From a virus (taxonomy: Duplodnaviria > Caudoviricetes), in IMG/VR virus record IMGVR_UViG_3300046786_000327, positions 1 through 49,631 of that record: a stretch of 49,631 nucleotides of DNA; one strand, written 5' to 3'. The translations under genes and the position numbers were made by a program. The notes under the pieces were generated by a model. That model was not told the origin of the DNA. It saw only the letters and a program-made list of their open reading frames with translations, and searched no databases. Below, one piece after another: positions 45,674-49,631 of the stretch. How positions within the stretch are numbered: position 1 is the first letter of the stretch; each line of letters begins with the position of its first letter.

Positions 45674-47263
45674 TTACGGTGCATAAATGGTCAGTAACAT
45701 TTTATACTGCGTATTATGTGTTGTCGCAGGTGTAACTGACAGTTCTATTGATGGCGGTGTAGTTATATTACCGGGGTTGAAGTCAACTTCAAAATTTCCT
45801 ACACCGTTATTAATTATCAAAGTTGCATACTCGGTGAATGCGACTGTGCCGTTATAATACAACGAACTTATCTTACAAGACTGTCTAGCTGATCCTACTG
45901 CATCAGTGCCTATAATTTCAAATTCTACACCCGATGCCTCTGCTACTGGAATACTATAAATAACTTGATTTGGCGTAGTGCTATTTGTAGAAGCAAAATA
46001 AACTTTACTAGTAGACCAGTTGTACGATCCGGAACCTATTTGCACAGTGTTTGCTATTAAATTGCCTCCAATAGCAACTGTTTGATTTACATTATTATAC
46101 GTGAAGTACGGGACGCCACCAAACAATCCGTTATTATTAAACTGAACTTGAGTATTAGAACCACCTGGATTTCCGTTGCCTCCACCACCGCCTCCATCTG
46201 ACCATGATAGATTTCCAGTACCATCAGTAGTTAATATTTGACCAGTGAACCCACCAAAAATCTTAACAGTCTCAACTTCACCTAGCTCTACTCTAGCACT
46301 GTTAAAGTCTACGTTACCATTCGCTGTTAGTTTACCAGTATTAATGTTTACGTTACCACTTATGCTAGCATTTCCAGTAACAAATAAATTACCTAGTGAT
46401 GCTCTATTAGCCGCGGCAATATTTGAACTATTAATATTTCCAGAACTACTAATATTTCCAATAACATCAAGAGATACTAATGATCCTACACTAGTAATAT
46501 TAGGTTGAGCATTATTGCTTACTGTGTTTGCTACGGCTACTACACCTGTTATATTGCCGGCGGGGATGTTAGTTAGATTTGCTCCACTACCTTGAAATAT
46601 TACTGCATTAACTTGTCCAGCAACACCCAAGCCAGTTAATGTACCTAAACTTGTTATATTTGGTTGAGAGTTTTGAGTTACTGTATTTGCAGTTACTGCA
46701 TTTGATGCATAACCTGTTAAGTTACCTATGAAGTTAGAGTAGATGTTCCCCACTGTTAGTGAGTTATTAGAGTCGTTATAAGTGAATCCAGGATCTCCGC
46801 CAAACGTGCCGGCGCTATTATATTGAACTTGTGTATTAGAACCACCTGGATTTCCGTTGCCTCCACCACCGCCTCCTGGAGCTACCCATGTTAGTGTACC
46901 CATACCATCGGTTTGTAATACATAACCGTTTTCACCACCCAAGATAGACACTTGTGTAGCATCACCTAAGTTAGTAGTACCTGGCACTGCTAAGTTAGTA
47001 ACTGTTAATAAATTTGTATTTTTATTAAATGTTAAATTGGCACTTGCATTGAATGTGTTTGAATCATTGAATACTAGTTGAGTATTTGATCCAGGAACGT
47101 AACGTTGGCCGTTACTGTATCTCAAGTTATCAGTAAAAACTGATCCGGAAATTACATAGGTAGTGTTAATATTACCGACCACAACGCCGGCGCTATTGAC
47201 AATTTGGACTGCAGGTATACCAACGGTATAACCAGTGAGTGAGTTGAATGCATCTGCTGCCAT
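45674..47263 (-). CDS. tail fibre-like protein (529 aa)
   Basis: PGGSNTQVQ.N, QPNITS.G.L and TDG.G.L.W motifs. Confidence 0.75.
   Translation of the reverse strand: MAADAFNSLTGYTVGIPAVQIVNSAGVVVGNINTTYVISGSVFTDNLRYSNGQRYVPGSNTQLVFNDSNTFNASANLTFNKNTNLLTVTNLAVPGTTNLGDATQVSILGGENGYVLQTDGMGTLTWVAPGGGGGGNGNPGGSNTQVQYNSAGTFGGDPGFTYNDSNNSLTVGNIYSNFIGNLTGYASNAVTANTVTQNSQPNITSLGTLTGLGVAGQVNAVIFQGSGANLTNIPAGNITGVVAVANTVSNNAQPNITSVGSLVSLDVIGNISSSGNINSSNIAAANRASLGNLFVTGNASISGNVNINTGKLTANGNVDFNSARVELGEVETVKIFGGFTGQILTTDGTGNLSWSDGGGGGGNGNPGGSNTQVQFNNNGLFGGVPYFTYNNVNQTVAIGGNLIANTVQIGSGSYNWSTSKVYFASTNSTTPNQVIYSIPVAEASGVEFEIIGTDAVGSARQSCKISSLYYNGTVAFTEYATLIINNGVGNFEVDFNPGNITTPPSIELSVTPATTHNTQYKMLLTIYAP
46152..46876. 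repeat. 44-bp exact direct repeat (46152-46195 and 46833-46876)
   Basis: gtattagaaccacctggatttccgttgcctccaccaccgcctcc occurs twice; encodes GGGGGGNGNPGGSNT. Confidence 0.9.
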
Positions 47264-47359
47264 GGGGTATCCTGTTTTATTATTATAATATATTTATCTG
47301 TTTTCCATATTTTAAACCACAGAAAAAAGCACCCAATAAATCTTTTTTCTAAATACACT

Positions 47360-47725
47360 ATGCTTACTCGTCAACAGCCAAGACCTTTATGTGAACATTG
47401 TAAACTTACATTAGCAAAGCCTAATGGTAAGAGTAAACATGGCTTCACTAAGTGGCACAGATACTGTGTTGAATGCAGTAAAGCAATGTATAATTCTAAG
47501 AATGGTTACTTGTTACAGAAGAAAACCAAATGCGAGAGTTGTAATTTTATACCAGAAGATATATGTCAACTTGATTTGATTTATAAAGATGGCAACAAGA
47601 AAAACAAAGATAAGTCAAATTTAAAAACCCTATGTGCAAACTGCAATAGGGTTTATCAAAAGAAACTGAAACAACAGAAAAAATCTATTTTAGATATAAC
47701 AGTTGACACCGATTATAGATTATAA
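47360..47725 (+). CDS. HNH-like zinc-finger protein with degenerate active site
   Basis: RPLCEHC, YCVEC, CESC and QLDLIYKDGN..N....NLKTLCANC; TAAATA 4 nt before the ATG. Confidence 0.7.
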   Translation: MLTRQQPRPLCEHCKLTLAKPNGKSKHGFTKWHRYCVECSKAMYNSKNGYLLQKKTKCESCNFIPEDICQLDLIYKDGNKKNKDKSNLKTLCANCNRVYQKKLKQQKKSILDITVDTDYRL

Positions 47726-48463
47726 TTTCTTTGCGTAGACTCCACCGGGGGGTGTTGCAGATAGAATAGAATAACCATTTTTGTTTCTGAGGAACGGTTT
47801 TGATTTAGAAGCGATAGCAGGATCGTATTCAGTTCCCGGCTCTAGCCCAATAAATTCTCTATCCAAGTCAATCAAAAAGATTAATCTATATTCATCTGAT
47901 AAATTGAATGAACTATGCATGAATTGATTATTGAAACCAAACAAGTCTTGCCAATTAACTTCTTGGCTATCAACTTCTAAGAAAATCTCACCCTTAGGTA
48001 TAATTAAAGGAATATGAATTCTTACATATTTACCTGATCTATTTTCAGGACCAGTGTGACGTTTTAATATACTGTTTGGGGCCATACAACTATAATTTGC
48101 AATAGGACATTTATCTCCAAACTCTTTTATTAACTTATATGCAGTTGGATATTTAGTAGCATGTAGATGATCTTCTGGCGTAGTGAAGCTACGTTCTACT
48201 ATACCATCGTGTCGTTCATATCTGAATGCAACTGCCATCCAACTATCAACACTGGTTTCATACTTACCCTCTTCGTTTTTACTAACAATAGTACTTGCAG
48301 AGTCATATGGTCTACCTGCTAAGTTAGGAGTACCGTTTTCTTTAACTGCTTGTTCTAACGAATCATATCCTGCTAAAAATTCATCTCTCAATGCATCTTG
48401 AAAGCTCATAAGATATTCAGCGATAGGACCTATTTCTTGTCGTGTGTATATTGCTTTAGTCAT
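47720..48463 (-). CDS. AspH-like beta-hydroxylase, paralog of 30821..31528
   Basis: CPIANYS..APNS...RHTGPEN, RIHIPLIIP and FNNQ..HS.FN; start reassigned to ATG 48463, downstream of the capsid terminator. Confidence 0.85.
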   Translation of the reverse strand: MTKAIYTRQEIGPIAEYLMSFQDALRDEFLAGYDSLEQAVKENGTPNLAGRPYDSASTIVSKNEEGKYETSVDSWMAVAFRYERHDGIVERSFTTPEDHLHATKYPTAYKLIKEFGDKCPIANYSCMAPNSILKRHTGPENRSGKYVRIHIPLIIPKGEIFLEVDSQEVNWQDLFGFNNQFMHSSFNLSDEYRLIFLIDLDREFIGLEPGTEYDPAIASKSKPFLRNKNGYSILSATPPGGVYAKKL

Positions 48464-48492
48464 GCGATTATTTATCAGAAATATATAGCCGT

Positions 48493-48517
48493 AAAAAAGA
48501 GCACCGAAGTGCTCTTT
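48493..48517 (-). terminator. intrinsic terminator of the major capsid gene
   Basis: AAAGAGCAC-TTCG-GTGCTCTTTTTT with a C(UUCG)G tetraloop. Confidence 0.92.
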
Positions 48518-48574
48518 AGTTCCTTCCCGTAACACAGACCGTAGTCTGTGCTCCCGAACAAGAAGATTTCTTGA

Positions 48575-49631
48575 TTATTGGAATGTCAAGTTCTGAACAG
48601 CGATTTCACCAACATAGTCAGCCGCGTTACCGAAGCTAGATGCAGTGTTAGTCAATTCGATGTAACCATAACGTGTCATGAATGATACGACTGGTTCGAA
48701 TGTTGACGGATCTAGAACAACACCAGAACTCATCAATGGAATGTATGGGCAATAGAATGCTGCCGCATCAGTCTCAGATGAACCCTTGTATCCAACTAGA
48801 ACAGGTGTAGTGTCAGGAGCATAAGAGTCAACGAAAACTCTCATAGCGCCGTTCAATGTACCAACAAACTTAGTGTTTGTAGGTGCTTCGAATGTACCTT
48901 CTGTAGTACGAGCAAAAGCAGAAGTAGTTGCAGATTGCAATACTGTCAATGCGGCAGAAGAAACAACAGCCCAGTTACCAGCGCCACGACGAGTGCGTTG
49001 AGCGATCAAGTTAGCAACACGGTTGATTAGAACAGCTAAGGCAGCGTGTTCGTCACCAACGTAAGTAGCTGTACCAGATACAGTAGCTTGGTTGTATGTA
49101 TACTCTGTAGATGCTAATGTACGTAATGACAATAGAATCTCTTGGTCAATCTCAGCAGTAATCTCTTGTGCAAGAGCTGCCATGATTTCTGCTTCAACGT
49201 CAATACCATGTTGGCTTTGAGCGTCTTGGGCAGCTTCGAATGTCCAGCGAGCTTGCAACTTACGTGACTTAGCTTCAACAGCTTGACGTAGAATTTGAAC
49301 GCTGATTTGTTTACCACCATTACCTTCTAGGGCAGCTGTATCATTTGCTGTGTAGCTAGAAGATGATGTTGTATCTTGTGGTGTGCGTGAATATGCTTGA
49401 GCAATCAAGAATGGACTCAATGCTTCTTGACCAGCTGTAACGCTAGTTTGGGCAGCACTTGTATCTGTCAAAGATTGAGCATAACGTACACGTAAAGTGT
49501 GAATCTGACCAACTGGTCCTGTCATTGGCTGAACGCCTACCAATTCGTTAGCGATAACGGTTGGCATAACACGACGGATAACTGGAAGAATCACACGGTT
49601 TAATGTAGCGATGTTACCAGCAGTTGTAGTA
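48575..49631 (-). CDS. major capsid protein (T4 gp23-like), 5'-truncated by the window edge
   Basis: LPVIRRVMP..IANELVGVQPMTGP, AKSRKLQARWT.E.AQD, FYCPYIPL and FMTRYG; frame stays open to the window end. Confidence 0.95.
   Translation of the reverse strand, partial: TTTAGNIATLNRVILPVIRRVMPTVIANELVGVQPMTGPVGQIHTLRVRYAQSLTDTSAAQTSVTAGQEALSPFLIAQAYSRTPQDTTSSSSYTANDTAALEGNGGKQISVQILRQAVEAKSRKLQARWTFEAAQDAQSQHGIDVEAEIMAALAQEITAEIDQEILLSLRTLASTEYTYNQATVSGTATYVGDEHAALAVLINRVANLIAQRTRRGAGNWAVVSSAALTVLQSATTSAFARTTEGTFEAPTNTKFVGTLNGAMRVFVDSYAPDTTPVLVGYKGSSETDAAAFYCPYIPLMSSGVVLDPSTFEPVVSFMTRYGYIELTNTASSFGNAADYVGEIAVQNLTFQ

Noticed and set aside
34367-46508. Long plus-strand ORFs in the fibre genes (e.g. 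38732-39727, 331 aa)
   Set aside because: Antisense shadows of repetitive Gly/Asn/Thr/Val codon usage.
46152-46876. Diversity-generating retroelement TR/VR pair
   Set aside because: The repeat is exact and in-frame with no adenine-specific mismatches, and no reverse transcriptase is present in the window.
48464-48535. N-terminal extension of the 271-aa ORF, and similar extensions of ORFs starting at 18263, 20110, 20733, 23504 and 31546
   Set aside because: The extensions run through a terminator, a tRNA or the upstream gene; downstream ATGs with coupling overlaps or promoter boxes are better starts.
1-49631. Genome-wide TAG reassignment suggested by the CUA tRNA
   Set aside because: nrdA, nrdB, metK, capsid and the long fibre genes are uninterrupted in the standard code, coding density is already high, and TAG ends several genes at sensible positions.

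Overview
Fragment of a large lytic T4-like/jumbo myophage genome, AT-rich and almost entirely minus-strand. The host is probably a freshwater betaproteobacterium, inferred from the Bug-family receptors and the AhpC/AhpD and class Ia NrdAB types. Left to right on the + strand: (1) 1-1916, a minus-strand tRNA array with structured non-tRNA RNAs between the tRNAs, preceded by tandem sigma70 promoters and a 54-codon leader ORF with mutually exclusive antiterminator/terminator hairpins; (2) 1937-18227, a ~16 kb island of tailoring enzymes (four SGGxDS PP-loop proteins, cytochrome P450, three His-box desaturase/hydroxylases, several cupin/Fe(II)-oxygenase-like proteins, GNATs, a sulfotransferase-like domain, an SGNH esterase) plus two Bug periplasmic receptors; (3) 18224-25157, accessory genes including an amber-suppressor tRNA, AspH-like hydroxylase, ahpC/ahpD, an outer-membrane beta-barrel, metK and a SleB-like hydrolase; (4) 25205-34279, putative baseplate proteins, PAAR spike, glutaredoxin, nrdB/nrdA; (5) 34324-49631, four modular tail-fibre-like genes and the 3' part of the gp23-type major capsid gene. 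The top candidates for new biology are a translation-sensing attenuator controlling the tRNA array, the phage-borne biosynthetic island, and a suppressor-tRNA/amber-readthrough module that would membrane-anchor a hydroxylase. All calls come from manual reading of motifs and base-pairing; no database searches or folding programs were run.
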